From Chiloscyllium plagiosum (lineage: Eukaryota), in contig NC_057719.1 of assembly GCF_004010195.1 (NCBI RefSeq), positions 42,931,925-42,995,924 of the forward strand: a stretch of DNA of 64,000 nucleotides, written 5' to 3'. The notes beneath the pieces are model-generated. The model was not told the origin of the DNA and searched no databases. It was given only the letters and a program-made list of their open reading frames with translations. Below are positions 50,601-63,570 of this stretch, piece after piece; the first letter of the stretch is position 1, and each line of letters begins with the position of its first letter. The translations under genes were made by a program, and so were the position numbers.

Positions 50601-51478
50601 TCCAGGTAAGGTTAAGATGTTAACAGTTGTGGAGGGCGGGGGGTGCGGTGTGGGAGTGAGGTGAGGGGAAGAAAAACACCTGCAGAAAAAAAAGGAACTG
50701 GTGAAGCAGAGGAGTTCCAGCTGGAGTGTCCTACTCTGCCACCATTTTGCATCAGAAAGAAAGCTAAAAGTTGGCTTTAAAAGTATAGTTTTAAGGCATT
50801 AGGAAGCTCATGCTCTACACAGTGATGTTGGATCTAAAATCTTCATCCCATTAAAGTAATATTATGCTAGCAAAGGGAAAATGAAATGCTGTCACCAGAA
50901 CTGCAACAATGTAAGCAAAGACCAAATAATCACAATGCCGTGCTTTGATGTTGTCAAACCTGTTATTGATTCAGATAATCTACCAACACCCTGCTGGCTA
51001 AACCTGTAAGGATTTAACAGTGTATTCATTGCCATCCTTTGCAAGTAAGGCATGTAGGGATGGGCTTTGGCAGCACAATGGTAGTGTTGTTGCCTTTGAG
51101 CTTGGAGGCAGAGGTTCAAGTCCTTCAGAGGCGAGCAATAACATCTCTGATCAGGCTCTTTAGAAAATATAATAAAACATGGAGGGAACACAGGTTTGAA
51201 ATTACAAGTTTGCTTGGCAAATGTCCAAATTTGGTAAACTGCAATTAATTTAAAAATAGATCTGCCTGAGAAGATTTGTAGCTCAGATTGCTGACAAGTA
51301 TGTAAGTTAGCTCAATGAACTGGAAGGTTTGTTTTCAGATGTTTCGTCACCATGACTAGGTAATATAATCAATGAGAGTCACCGGAGACTATCCGTCAGA
51401 TGACATGCAAAAATAAATGCCTGTTTGGACCCTTAGCCTGCATTCCCTCTAACTTTTCTTCCCTCGAAAGTTAGTCAA

Positions 51479-54400
51479 AGAGTCATAGTCAGAGAGATGT
51501 ACAGCACAGAAACAGACCCTTCAGTCCAACCTGTCCATGTCGACCAGATGTCCTAATCCAATCTAGTCCCACCTCCCAACACCTGGCCCATATCCCTCCA
51601 AACCCTTCCTATTCATGTACCCATCCTGAAGCCTTTTAAATGTTGCTATTGTACTAGCCTCCACCACTTCCTCTGGCAGCTCATTCCATACACATACCAT
51701 CCTCTGCATGAAAAGGTTGCCTCTAAGGTCTCTTGTATATTTTTCCCCTCTAGTTCTGGACTCCCCCACCTCAGGGAAGAGACTTTGTCTATTTATCCTA
51801 TCCATGCCCCTCATGATTTTGTAAACCTCTATAAGGTCACCCCTCAGCCTCCAACATTCCAGGGAAAACAGCCCCAGCCTATTCAACCTCTCCCTATAGC
51901 CCAAATCCTCAAACCCTAGCAACATCCTTGTAAATCTTTTCTGAACCCTTTCAAGTTTCAAAACATCCTTCCGATAGGAAGGAGACCAGAATTGCACGCA
52001 ATATTCCAACAGTGGCCTATCAATGTCCTGTAAAGCCTCAGCATGAGCTCTGAACTCCTGTACTCAATACTCTGACCAAGAAAGGAAAGCAGACCAAACG
52101 CCTTCTTCACTATCCTATCTACCTGCGACTCCACTTTCAAGGAGCTATGAACCTACACTCCAAGGTCTCTTTGTTGAGCAATACTGCCTAGGACCTTACC
52201 ATTATGTGTATAAGTCCTGCTAAGATTTGCTTTCCCAAAATGCAGCACCTCACATTTATCTAAATTAAACTCCATCTGCCACTTCTTAGCCCATTGGCCC
52301 ATCTGGTCAAGATCCTGTTTGTAATTCGAGGTAACCTTCTTCGCTGTCCACTACGCCACCAATTTTGGTGTCATCAGCAAACTTACTAACTGTACCTCTT
52401 ATGCTCACATCCAAATCATTCATATAAATGACGGAAAGCAGTGGACCCAGCATCGATTCTTGTGGCACTCCACAGGTCACAGGTCTTCAGCCTGAAAAAA
52501 CAACCGTTCACCACCTTGTCTTCTAGCTTTGAGCAGGTTCTGCATCCAAATGGTGAGTTCTCCCTGTTCACCGTGAGATCTAACCTTGCTAACCAGTCTC
52601 CCATGGGGAACCTTGTCGAACGCCTTACTGATCACATGTACCGCTCTGCTTTCATCAATCCTCTGTGTTACTTCTTCAAAAAACTCAAGTTTGTGAGACA
52701 TGATTTCCCATGCAAAAAACCATGTTGACTATCCCTATTCAGTCCTTGCCTTTCCAAATACATGTACATCCTGTCCCTCAGGATTCCCTCCAACAACTTG
52801 CCCACCACTGAGGTCAGGCTCACCGGTTTATAGTTCCCTGGCCATCTATTTCCCTACAGTCTATATCTTCCATATCCTTTTCCACAGTAAATACTGATGA
52901 AAAATTCTCGTTTAGTATCCCGCCCATTTCCTGCAGCTCCACACAACGGCCACCTTGCTGATCTTTGAGGGGCCCTATTCTCTCCCTAGTTACTCTTTTG
53001 TCCTTAACGTATTTGTAAAAATGCTTTGGATTCTCCTTAACTCTATTTGCCAAAGCTATCTCATGTCCCCTTTTTGCCCTCCTGATTTCCCTCTTAAGTA
53101 TACTCCTACTGTCTCTATACTCTAAGGATTCACTCAATCTATCCTGTCTATACCTGACCATATGCTTCCTTCTTTTTCTTAACCAAAACCTCAAATTTCT
53201 TTAGTCATCCAGCATTCTCCATACCTACCAGCCTTTCCTTTCACCCTGACAGGAATATACTTTCTCTGGACTCTCGTTATCTCATTTCTGAATGCTTCTT
53301 ATTTTCCAGCTGTCCCTTTTCCTGCGAACATTTGCCTCCAATCGGCTTTTGAAAGTTCTTGCCTAATGCCATCAAAATTAGCCTTCCTCCAATTTAGAAC
53401 TTCAACTTTTAGATCTGGTCTATCCTTTTCCATCACTATTTGAAAACTAGTAGAATTATGGTCGCTGGCCCCAAAGTTCTCCCCCACTGACACCTCAGTC
53501 ACCTGCCCTGCCTTATTTTCCAAGAGTAGGTCCAGATTTGCACCTTCCCTCGTAGATACATCCACATACTGAATCAGAATTTGTTTCTTGTACACACTTA
53601 ACAAATTCCTCTCCATCTAAACCCTTAATGCTATGGCAGTCCCAGTCTATGTTTGGAAAGTTAAAATCCCCTACCATAACCACCCTATTATTCTTACAGA
53701 TAGCTGAGATCTCCTTACAAATTTGTTTGCCAATTTCCATCTGACTATTAGAGGGTCTATAATACAATCCCAATAAAGGTGATCATTGCTTTCTTATTTC
53801 TCAGTTCCACCCAAATAACTTCCCTGGATGTATTTCCAGGAATATCCTCCCTAACTACAGCTGTAATGCTATCCCTTATCAAAAACTCTACTCCCCCTCC
53901 TCTCTTGCCTTCCTTTCTGTCCTTCCTATAGTATTTGTATCCTGGAACATTAAGCTGCCAGTCCTGCCCATCCCTGAGCCATGTTTCTGTAATTGCTATG
54001 ATATCCCAGTCCCTTGTTCCTAACCATGCTCTGAGTTCATCTGCCTTCCCTGTTAGGCCTCTTGCATTGAAATAAATGCAGTCTAATTTATCAATCCTAC
54101 CTTGTTCTCTGCTTTGTCCCTGTCTACCCTGACTGTTTGACTCACCTTTGTTCTCAGCTGTACCAGTCTCCGATTGAAATCTTTCCTCACTATCTCCCTG
54201 GGTCCCACTCCCCAACCTTACTAGTTTAAATCCTCTTGAGCAGCTGTAGCAAATCCCCCTGCCAGTATATTAGTCCCTTTCCAATTTAGGTGCAATCCTT
54301 CCTTCTACCCCAAAATAGCTTCCAATAATCCAAAAATGTGAATCCTTCTCCCGTACACCAGCTCCTCAGCCATGCATTCATCTGATCTATCCTCCTATTC

Positions 54401-55262
54401 CTGCCCTTACTAGCTCATAGCACTGGGAGTAATCCAGATATTACTACTCTCGAGGACCTCCTTTTTAAATTCCTGCCTAACTCTCTGTAATCTCCATTTA
54501 GAATCTCAACCTTTCTCCTTCCTGTGTCATTGGTTTCAATGTGTACATGACCCCTTGCTGGTCCCTCTCCCCCTTGAAAACTTTCTGCAACCTCTCTGAG
54601 GCATCCTTGATCCTGGCACCAGGGAAGCAACACACCATTCTGATTTTTCGCTGCTGGTCACAGAAACGTCTGTGTGTACCTCAGACAAGAGAGCCCCTAA
54701 CACAATCGATCGAATGGAACCTGACGTACCTCTCATTATATTAGAGCCAGTCTCAATACCAGAAACTTGGCTGTTCATGCTATGTACCCCTGAGTATCCA
54801 TCACCCCCTACATTTTCCAAAACAGCATACTTGTTTGAAATGGGGATAGCCACAAAAGACTCATGCACTACCTGCTTACCTCTCTTACAGTCACATAGAT
54901 GGGTCAACTCCAGGAAAGGTATCTGCAACTTTTCTCCCTTCCTATAACTGCCATTCATCACATCCCTTTGCTCTTATAAATTCTTCACTGCCTCTAACTG
55001 CCTCTCCAACCGATCCATTCGATCTGATAGGATTCGCAACCAACAGCATTTATTGCAGATATAATCCTCAGTAATCTGTAAACTCTCCCAACCTCCCACA
55101 TCCGACAAGAAGAGTATATCAGTCAGGGCCATTTTTGCTTCTTGCAATCTGCAGACCCAGAAAATAGCACTGGTTTATTCCTCTACAAAATACTGCTCCA
55201 GGTTAAATTAATAGTTATGGCTTATATTTTAAGTTTAATCAAGAAACATAGTTCAATAAAAC
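51479..55262 (-). mobile_element. Near full-length but inactivated CR1 LINE (ORF1 Zn-finger/coiled-coil/SGNH esterase; ORF2 APE + RT)
   Basis: ORF1 from ~55132 (DYICNKC, LSDRMDRLERQLE, CFPGARIKD, VHIETND). APE domain: CIYFNARGL...IAITETWL...GGGV, VGDFNFPNIDW, SDHN. RT/C-terminal fragments run to a catagt-type tail. Many frameshifts, and a ~240-bp deletion at ~52840 relative to the 19-21 kb copy. Confidence 0.95.
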
Positions 55263-55389
55263 AGTCATGTATGGTAGCAGAAATAACTCCACAGAAGCTG
55301 GAATCCCATCACCAATGTAGAGAGTCCTTGACACTGATCCAGTTTCCTCAGATCCAGCTCTCAGGGTAAACATGTCTGACATTCCTGTT

Positions 55390-57260
55390 TTTTTTAAGTT
55401 TTATTAAACAGTACAAAATACAGTTAACAATAAACAGAAAGCAGCAGTTTACAGAAACCACTATATACAGGGGAAAGGGCAGCAAAGCCAAACCCCAAAC
55501 CTCACCGCTCAACCAGTTTTCAGGGAGATGAGGACAAACCTCAAATCCCACTTCCATTTATCACAAAGATAACAGTAACAAACATAGGCAAGACAGTGCA
55601 ATACAATAAGGAACAGTGCATAGAATACAGACCCAATATAACTGTAAAAAAAGACTCCTGATACCAGTTCACACCACATACTGATCAAACCGTCCTTGGC
55701 TCGCCTTGCTGCAGGACGGTCGTCAGCCTTCCGGTCTCAGGCTGCCATGCATATTGACTGAACCTCTCCAGGCCTGCTTTCCTCCAGGCTGGTTATTGAC
55801 CACCCAGCTCCCAGTCACCCCACGTACTGACCAGACTACCCCAGACCACTTTCCTACGAGCTGGTTGTTGGCCTTCCGGTCTCTAGCCGCCCTGTGTACT
55901 GGCAGACCCTCCCAGGCCTGCTTTCCTCTGGCACAGTTCTTGGTCACCGGCTCCTGGTCACCCCGTGTGCTAACCAAACCACCCCGACCTACCTTCCTAC
56001 AGTCACACCATTGGCCTTCTAACACCTGGTCGCCCCGTGTACTGACTGATCATATCTCCTGGCTAGTGGCCCTATAGACCAACCATTGGCTGTCCGGCTC
56101 CAGCCTCCCTGCGTACTGACTGGTCCTCCCCCTGGTCGTAGGCCACCTGGCTCAGCCTCCCCACATACTGGCCGCCCTGCCCTATACCGGCTTTCCTGCG
56201 AAGATGCTATCAGTTGCCTGGCCCCGCCCACACCATGTACTGACAGTCTCCTCCCAGCCCACTTTCCTCCAGACCAGTCATCAATGCTTCCATCCCCGGT
56301 CAACCCACAAACTGGCTGCCCCTCCCCTGACCAGCTTTCCTACAGGCACACTGTCTGCCTAGCCCACAGCCAGCCTGCATACTAAGAGACACCCCACACC
56401 CGCCTGTTTTCCCTCAGGGAGGTCATCGACCTTCCAGCTCCCAGTTACCCCACATACTGACTAGCCTGCTCTCAAACAGTTAATTACAAAACCCACATTA
56501 AAAGAATTCACAAAATCCTCACAACACAGTTTCCAGCACCAAGGCAGAGTCCACACCCGAAGGTAGCAAATGCACAACCTGCAGCACACTCACACACACA
56601 CAGGTGTTCAGTCTCAGGAGAGGCCTGGCCCATCCATAGAGAACCAGGCCCACTTACAGGAATCAGTACATTATGAAGCTGCAGTTAACTCACAGGGGTT
56701 TGGTCCACTCTCGAAGGCAGAGTCCAAACCAAACACGCAGGTATACACTCTCCAGAGAGGCCTAATACACCCAAAGGACCAGGCCCACTCACAGAAACAC
56801 AGTACATTGTAGAGGTGCAAATAACTCACAGGTGTTTAGTCCACTCCAGGATGCAGCAATTGCTCACCTCCTAGCGTGCGCACACACACACACATGGGTG
56901 TTCAGTCTTTACAGAGGCCTAGTCACCCACAAAGGGCCAGGCCTACCAATACTGGATCAGCTCATCTGGAAAAATGTTATTCCTCTCAAGGGCTCAGTCC
57001 AAACACCAAAAAATTGAAAAAACATTTAAAAAAAACAAAGAACACCAGAGTGCACAAAATCAACATAGTCCTTTTCTCAAAATAAAGGAGAAAAGCGTAA
57101 CATATAGGCTGTAACCAGCTAGTGAAACAACAGTCCCCTAATGAGAACTGAGTTACACCTATAACACATTGACTATTGAAATCAGCCAAATTAAAAGCCA
57201 GTTCTCACTAAAAAAAGAATACTGGCTATATAATTCAGTCAGCTCAGGAATCACGTTTCT
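55390..57260 (-). mobile_element. Unclassified poly(A)-tailed repeat (probable LINE 3' UTR or non-autonomous element) with ~72-bp degenerate internal repeats
   Basis: T-run plus tttatt (minus-strand AATAAA + A-tail) at 55388-55405. The same 3' sequence (gggaaatgaggacaaacctcaaatcccac) recurs at ~59118 and ~60065. Confidence 0.55.
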
Positions 57261-57261
57261 T

Positions 57262-57800
57262 TCGAAAACAGAAACCAACAGGAGCAGTACACACTGGATT
57301 TGGGCCTCCAAGCCCTCTGTTTCTTCCTCTCCTGACGTCCCCAACAGTACCCTTCCACCGACACTCATTCGTTTGGCTGAACTGGTCCTCATGCTTAACA
57401 ATTTCTCCTTTGAATCCTCCCACTTCCTCCAGACCAAAGGGGTAGCCATGGGCACTCGTATGGGCCCAGGCTATGCCTGTCTCTTTGTTGGCTACATAAA
57501 ACAGTCCATCTTCCGTACTTACTCTTTGTTGGCTACATAAAACAGTCCATCTTCCGTACTTACACCGGCACCACTCCCCACCTCTTCCCCCGCTACATTG
57601 ATGACTGCATTGGCGCTACCTCGTGCTCCGGCGAGGAGATTGAGCAATTCATCAACTTCACCAACACATTCCACCCTGACCTTAAATTTACCTGGACCAT
57701 CTCTGACACCTCCCTCCCCTTCCTGGACCTCTCCATCTCCATTAATGACGACCGACTTGACACTGACATTTTTTACAAACCCACCGACTCCACCGCAACT
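57262..57800 (+). mobile_element. Penelope-like reverse transcriptase fragment
   Basis: LIRLAELVLMLNNFSF...QTKGVAMGTRMGPGYACLFVG...RYIDD...FTNTFHPDLKFTW...LPFLDL...YKPTDS; a 41-bp tandem duplication at 57481-57562 breaks the frame. Confidence 0.9.
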
Positions 57801-57912
57801 ATTTCCACACCACCGTCTCCACCACAACCACTTCCACCATCACCGTCTCCACTGGAACCATTTCCACACCCACTATCTCCACCGCAACCACTTCCACACC
57901 CACCGTTTCCGC
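57790..57912. repeat. ~30-bp tandem minisatellite running into an assembly gap
   Basis: Units like ccaccgcaaccacttccacacccaccgtct. Confidence 0.8.
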
Positions 57913-58341
57913 NNNNNNNNNNNNNNNNNNNNNNNNNNNNNNNNNNNNNNNNNNNNNNNNNNNNNNNNNNNNNNNNNNNNNNNNNNNNNNNNNNNNNNNN
58001 NNNNNNNNNNNNNNNNNNNNNNNNNNNNNNNNNNNNNNNNNNNNNNNNNNNNNNNNNNNNNNNNNNNNNNNNNNNNNNNNNNNNNNNNNNNNNNNNNNNN
58101 NNNNNNNNNNNNNNNNNNNNNNNNNNNNNNNNNNNNNNNNNNNNNNNNNNNNNNNNNNNNNNNNNNNNNNNNNNNNNNNNNNNNNNNNNNNNNNNNNNNN
58201 NNNNNNNNNNNNNNNNNNNNNNNNNNNNNNNNNNNNNNNNNNNNNNNNNNNNNNNNNNNNNNNNNNNNNNNNNNNNNNNNNNNNNNNNNNNNNNNNNNNN
58301 NNNNNNNNNNNNNNNNNNNNNNNNNNNNNNNNNNNNNNNNN
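57913..58341. other. Assembly gap
   Basis: Run of N. Confidence 1.
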
Positions 58342-58677
58342 CCCCATGACCTGTCCTACCAGCCTATCTTCTTTTCCACCTATCCACTCCACCCTCCTCT
58401 CTGATCTATCACCTTCATCCCACCCCATCTACCAATTGTACTCTTTGCTACCTTCACCCACCCTCCTCCCTGACCTATCACCTTCATCCCCACCCCCACT
58501 CTCTATTGTACTCTCTGCTACTTTCTCCCCACCCCCATCCTCCTCTCATTTACCTCTCCACCCTTCAGGTACTCTGTATTCCTCATGAAGGGCTTTTGCC
58601 CGAAACGTTGATTTTCCTGCTCCTCAGATGCTGCCTGAACTGCTGTGCTTTTCCAGCACCATTCTACTCCAGAATCT
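58342..58677 (+). mobile_element. PLE family B pseudo-LTR
   Basis: C-rich tandem units, then ctcatgaagggcttttgcccgaaacgt (hammerhead core with a G>C change) and the family B terminal sequence. Confidence 0.8.
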
Positions 58678-59669
58678 GGACAGCCAGCGCAGAGTCAGTC
58701 AGCCCCCTCCCTGACATAAATTGGAGAGTCCTAGACACTAATGCAGCTCCCTCAGAGCCAGCTGTCAGAGTGAACAGGATGTCTGACACTCCACTGCTGT
58801 GCTTTTCCAGCACCACTCTACTCCAGAATCTGGACAGCCAGTGCAGAGTCAGTCAGTTCCCTCCCTGACATAAATTGGAGAGTCCTAGACACTAATGCAG
58901 CTCCCTCAGAGCCAGCTGTCAGAGTGAACAGGATGTCTGACACTCCTATCTTTTTTTAACTAGATACTCCAGTTCATTTCTTTCCTTTTATTTTATTAAC
59001 CAGTACAAATTACAAACAAACAGTTAACATTAGCATCTATATACAAGAAACAGCAACTTACAGGGGAAAGGGGCAGCAAAGCCAGACCCCAAACCCCACC
59101 ATACAGTCAGTTCACAGGGAAATGAGGACAAACCTCAAATCCCACCTTATATCAATTAAGAAGGAGACAGTAAATACAATTACATACAGACAGTCTGATA
59201 AACCAAAAAGTTAAACAGTGCATATATCATTGGCAACCCACGCATCTCTCCCATCTTTCAGCCACTATAAGGCAGCCCACCCCTACGCCCTTTCCAGCTC
59301 TCGATCTGCCCCACGTCCCTTCTGGTTCTTGGCCTGCTTGACACACCTTCTAACCACTTCTAGGACAGCCCATCCTGTTCCCCCCACTCCAGAACGACAG
59401 TGATCAGGATGGCCTGCCCACCTTCCAGCTTCCCTAATGGCTTTTCAGGCCACCTCGCCCCGGTACCCGCCCAGGGTGACAGCACTGAGGACAGCCTACT
59501 AGCCATCTGGATGTAGGTCTGCCCCTATGTACCATCTAGCCTGTGGACTGCCCTGATACACCTTCTGGTCACTTCTAGGACAGTCCATCCCCTGAAACCT
59601 TTTTAAAAATTTTATTAAGCAGAACAGTTTACAAACAATTAACATTAACAGCTCCATCCTGCAACTATT

Positions 59670-59978
59670 AGATTAGATTCCTACAGTGTGGAAACACGCC
59701 CTTCGGCCCAACCAGTCCACACCAACACTCCAAAGAGTAACCCACCCAGACCCATTTCCCTCTGGCTAATGCACCTAGCACTATGGGCAATTTAGCATGG
59801 TCAATTCACCTAACTGGCACATCTTTGGACTGTGGAAGAAAATGGAATATCCAGAGAAAGCCCATACAGACACAGGGAAAACGTGCAAACTCCACATAGA
59901 CAGTTACCTGAGGCTAGAATCAAACCTGGAACCTTAGTGCTGTGAGGCAGCAGTGCTGACCACTGAGCCACTATGCCA
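59670..59978 (-). mobile_element. HE1-like V-SINE, full length
   Basis: (ttaga)n tail through to the tRNA head (gtggcatagtggctcagtgg) on the minus strand. Confidence 0.9.
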
Positions 59979-60202
59979 CACAGCTGCATATAGAGAAACC
60001 ACAGTTTATAAGGGAGAGGGGTTGCAAAGCCAGACCCCAATCCTCATCGTTCAACCGGTTTTCAGGGAAATGAGGACAAACCTCAAATCCCACTTTCAGT
60101 CATCATAAACGTAGCAGTATCAAATACAAGACAGTCCAATTAGATAAGAAACAGTGCATAGAATACAGAACTGCCCCCACCCTCACAGCCCAGCAAGCCA
60201 AC

Positions 60203-62646
60203 ACTCCTGTTCGTTTTTTTATTCTTTCTTTCAGAGTGAGCTGAAGTCCTGATGTTCCTTTTTTTAAATTTCTTTTTCTCCTCCCCACATTACCGCCTGA
60301 CAGCAGTAGTGCTTATTTTCCCCCACACTCATGTCACGTGTGCAGGTGTGGGACACAGTGAAAAACAACAAGTGTGTAATTCTTTATTTATATTCCACTA
60401 CCAGGAAGAAAAGGAACACCTGAGTGGCCAGTGACAAGCAGTGCCCTTCTCAGAGGGAATACTCCTGTTCTTTTAACTTAAGGGCAATGCTGTGTGATCA
60501 AACAGTGAAGGGGAGGGTAGGGACTAAATCAAAATAGAATTGGAGGGGGAAATAATGCACTCCACTCCCTGCGGCACCCACCTCTCCCTGAACAGCTCCA
60601 GGGTGTTGGTGGACACCGCATGCTCCTTTTCCAGAGACACCCGGGCTCTAACGTAACCGCAGAAAAGGGGCAAGCAGTCGGCCCTAACGACCCCCTCCAC
60701 GGCCCACTGCCTGGACCTATTTATGGCCAGTTTGGCCAGGCCGAGGAGCAGACCCATAAGGAGGTCTTCAGAACTGCCTTCCCTCCTCCATACCTGAAAC
60801 TCCTGTTCTTTTTTTTTATTTTTTTTGTGCTTATTTTTCCCCCCAGCACCCATGCTGTGTGTGTGCAGGTGAACACTCCTATTCTCTTTTTTCTTTTTTT
60901 TTCTCTCTTTTTTTTGTTTTTAACCCCCCACACTACCGCCTAACTGCAGTAGGGCATAATTTTTACCCAGCACCTATGTTGTGCATGTGCAGGTGTGAGA
61001 CACAGTGAAAGACACAAGGTGCACGAATTCTTTATTCAGTTTCCACCACCAGGAAGAAAGGAAACACCCGAGTGGCCAGTGACAAGCAGTGCCCTTCACA
61101 TCAAAGGGCAATGCTGGGTGATCAAACAGTGAAGGGAGGGCAGGGATTAAATCAAAATAGAGTTGGAGGGGGAAATAATGCACTCCACTCCCTGCGGCGT
61201 CCACCTCTCCCTGAACAACACCAGGGTGTTGGTGGACACCGCATGCTCCTTCTCCAAGGACACCCGGGCCCTAATGTAACCGCGGAAGAGGGGCAGGCAG
61301 TTGGCCCTAACGACCCCCTCCACGGCCCACTGCCTGGACCTGTTTATGGCCAGTTTGGCCAGACCCACGAGGAGGTCTTCAGACCTGCCCTCCCTCCTCC
61401 GTACCGGGTGCCTGAAACTCCTGTTCGTTTTTTTTGACAAGCACTGCCCTTCACATCTCCTGTTTATTTTTTTTATTTTTTTTCTTGACAAGCAGTGCCC
61501 TTCAACTCCTTTTTTTTCTTTTTTTTACCCCCCCCACACTACCGCCTAACTGCGGGAGTGCTCCTTCTCCAAGGACACCCGGGCTCTAACGTAACCGCGG
61601 AAGAGGGGCAGACAGTCGACCCTAATGACCCCCTCCACGGCCCGCTGCCTGGACCTGTTGGCCCAGGAGCAGACCCACGAGGAGGTCTTCAGACCTGCCC
61701 TCCCTCCTCCGTACCGGGTGCCTGAAACTCCTGTTCTTTTTTTTTCTTCTCTTTTTTTTTATTTTAACCCCCACACTACCGCCCAACTGCGGTAGTGCTT
61801 ATTTTTTTCCCCAGCACCCATGGTGTGTGTGTGCAGGTGTGAGACACAGTGAGAGACACAAAGTGCACAAATCTTTATTCAATTTCCACCACCAGGAAGA
61901 TAGGAAAACACCCGGGTGGCCAGTGACAAACACTGCCCTTCACATCAAAGGGCAAGCACACCTGTTTTNNNNNNNNNNNNNNNNNNNNNNNNNNNNNNNN
62001 NNNNNNNNNNNNNNNNNNNNNNNNNNNNNNNNNNNNNNNNNNNNNNNNNNNNNNNNNNNNNNNNNNNNNNNNNNNNNNNNNNNNNNNNNNNNNNNNNNNN
62101 NNNNNNNNNNNNNNNNNNNNNNNNNNNNNNNNNNNNNNNNNNNNNNNNNNNNNNNNNNNNNNNNNNNNNNNNNNNNNNNNNNNNNNNNNNNNNNNNNNNN
62201 NNNNNNNNNNNNNNNNNNNNNNNNNGCAGGTGTGAGACACAGTGAGAGACACAAGGTGCACGAATCTTTATTCAATTTCCACCACCAGGAATATAGGAAA
62301 ACACCCGGGTGGCCAGTGACAAACACTGCCCTTCGCATCAAAGGGCAGTGCTGTGTGATCAAAACAGTGAGGGGGTGGGTAGGGACTAAATCAAAATAGA
62401 GTTGGAGGGGGAAATAATGCACTCCACTCCCTGGGGGGCCTACCTCTCCCTGAACAACTCCAGGGTGTTGGTGGACACCGCGTGCTCCTTCTCCAAGGAC
62501 ACCCGGGCCCTAACGTAACCACGGAAGAGGGGCAGGCAGTCGGCCCTAACGACCCCCTCCACAGCCCGCTGCCTCGACCTGTTGATGGCCAGTTTGGCCA
62601 GGCCCAGGAGCAGACCCACAAGGAGGTCTTCAGAGAAACTCCTGTT
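60203..62646 (-). mobile_element. Tandem array of 5'-truncated Tx1-like (L1-clade) LINE 3' ends
   Basis: Repeated C-terminus EDLLVGLLLGLAKLAINRSRQ...CLPLFRGY.RARVSLEKEHAVSTNTLELFRERW.PQGVECIISPSNSILI* with 3' UTR and A-tail; copies separated by ACTCCTGTTC-like motifs. Confidence 0.8.
61969..62225. other. Assembly gap
   Basis: Run of N. Confidence 1.
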
Positions 62647-63264
62647 CTTAAATGTCAGCCAGGACTCCCTGATTGTACAAGATTAACAGTCCCAAACAAA
62701 GAATTTATTTTCATCATCTGGCTGACTTTGTTACCATCACTACATCTGCAACTTACACAACCAGAGATCAATGTGGTGCATGCCTACTGCACTGAGCATA
62801 ACCTCTGAGTGCTCAGAGGCAATATTTCTTTCAGTTGGACATAAGAAATTACATAGGACTATTTGAACTAAACAGGAGAATTCTCCTGTTGTACTTGTCA
62901 ACAGTTAATGCTCAATAAATAATTAAAACCCATTGTATGGCAATTTAACTTAATGCTTGCTTGGAATTCCTTGGCTCAAATCATTTACTATCCAAGCCTT
63001 CCATTACCTAATCATAACATTCTGATTATCTCGTCTTCTCTTTCACTAATTTCACTTTGCTTATAGAACTTCACCTTGAGTTTTCAATAAGAAAACTAAT
63101 AGAAAGAAATTGTACATTTAAGGATCCCTTAATAGTCTGAGGATCACCTCATGCATTTGACAGCTATTAAATTCCTTTAATTGTTGCATTACAGAGGTAT
63201 ATGAAATAAGGTATCATATTGTTGCATGACACATGACTTGGCTGAACAAGGTTCATCCAGTAAA

Positions 63265-63570
63265 GGGTGGCAAGGTGGCTCACAGCACCAAAAACCCGGG
63301 TTCAATCCCAGCCTTGGGCAACTGTCTGTGTGGAGTCTGCATGTTCTCCTCCGGGTCATCCGGTTTCCTCCTACAGTCTAAAGATGTGCAGGTTAGGTGA
63401 ATTGGCCAAGCTAAATTGCCCATAGTATTCAGGGATGTGTAGGTTAGGTACACTCATCAGAGAAATGTAGAGTAATAGGATAGGGGAATGCGTCTGGGTG
63501 GGATACTCTTTGGAGGGTCGGTGTGGACTTGTTGGGCCAAATGGCCTGTTTACACACTGCAGGGATGCTA
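63265..63570 (+). mobile_element. HE1-like V-SINE
   Basis: gggtggcaaggtggctca...gggttcaatccc...V-domain...gggccaaatggcctgttt; another partial copy at 63876-64000. Confidence 0.85.

Noticed and set aside
57598..58428. Long ORFs spanning N runs (also 61827-62422)
   Set aside because: Their length is an artefact of assembly gaps.
60203..62646. CRISPR-like array, or U2 snRNA-targeted (Keno-type) insertion
   Set aside because: The context is eukaryotic and the 'spacers' are homologous LINE 3' ends. The flanks do not match U2 snRNA beyond ctgttctta.
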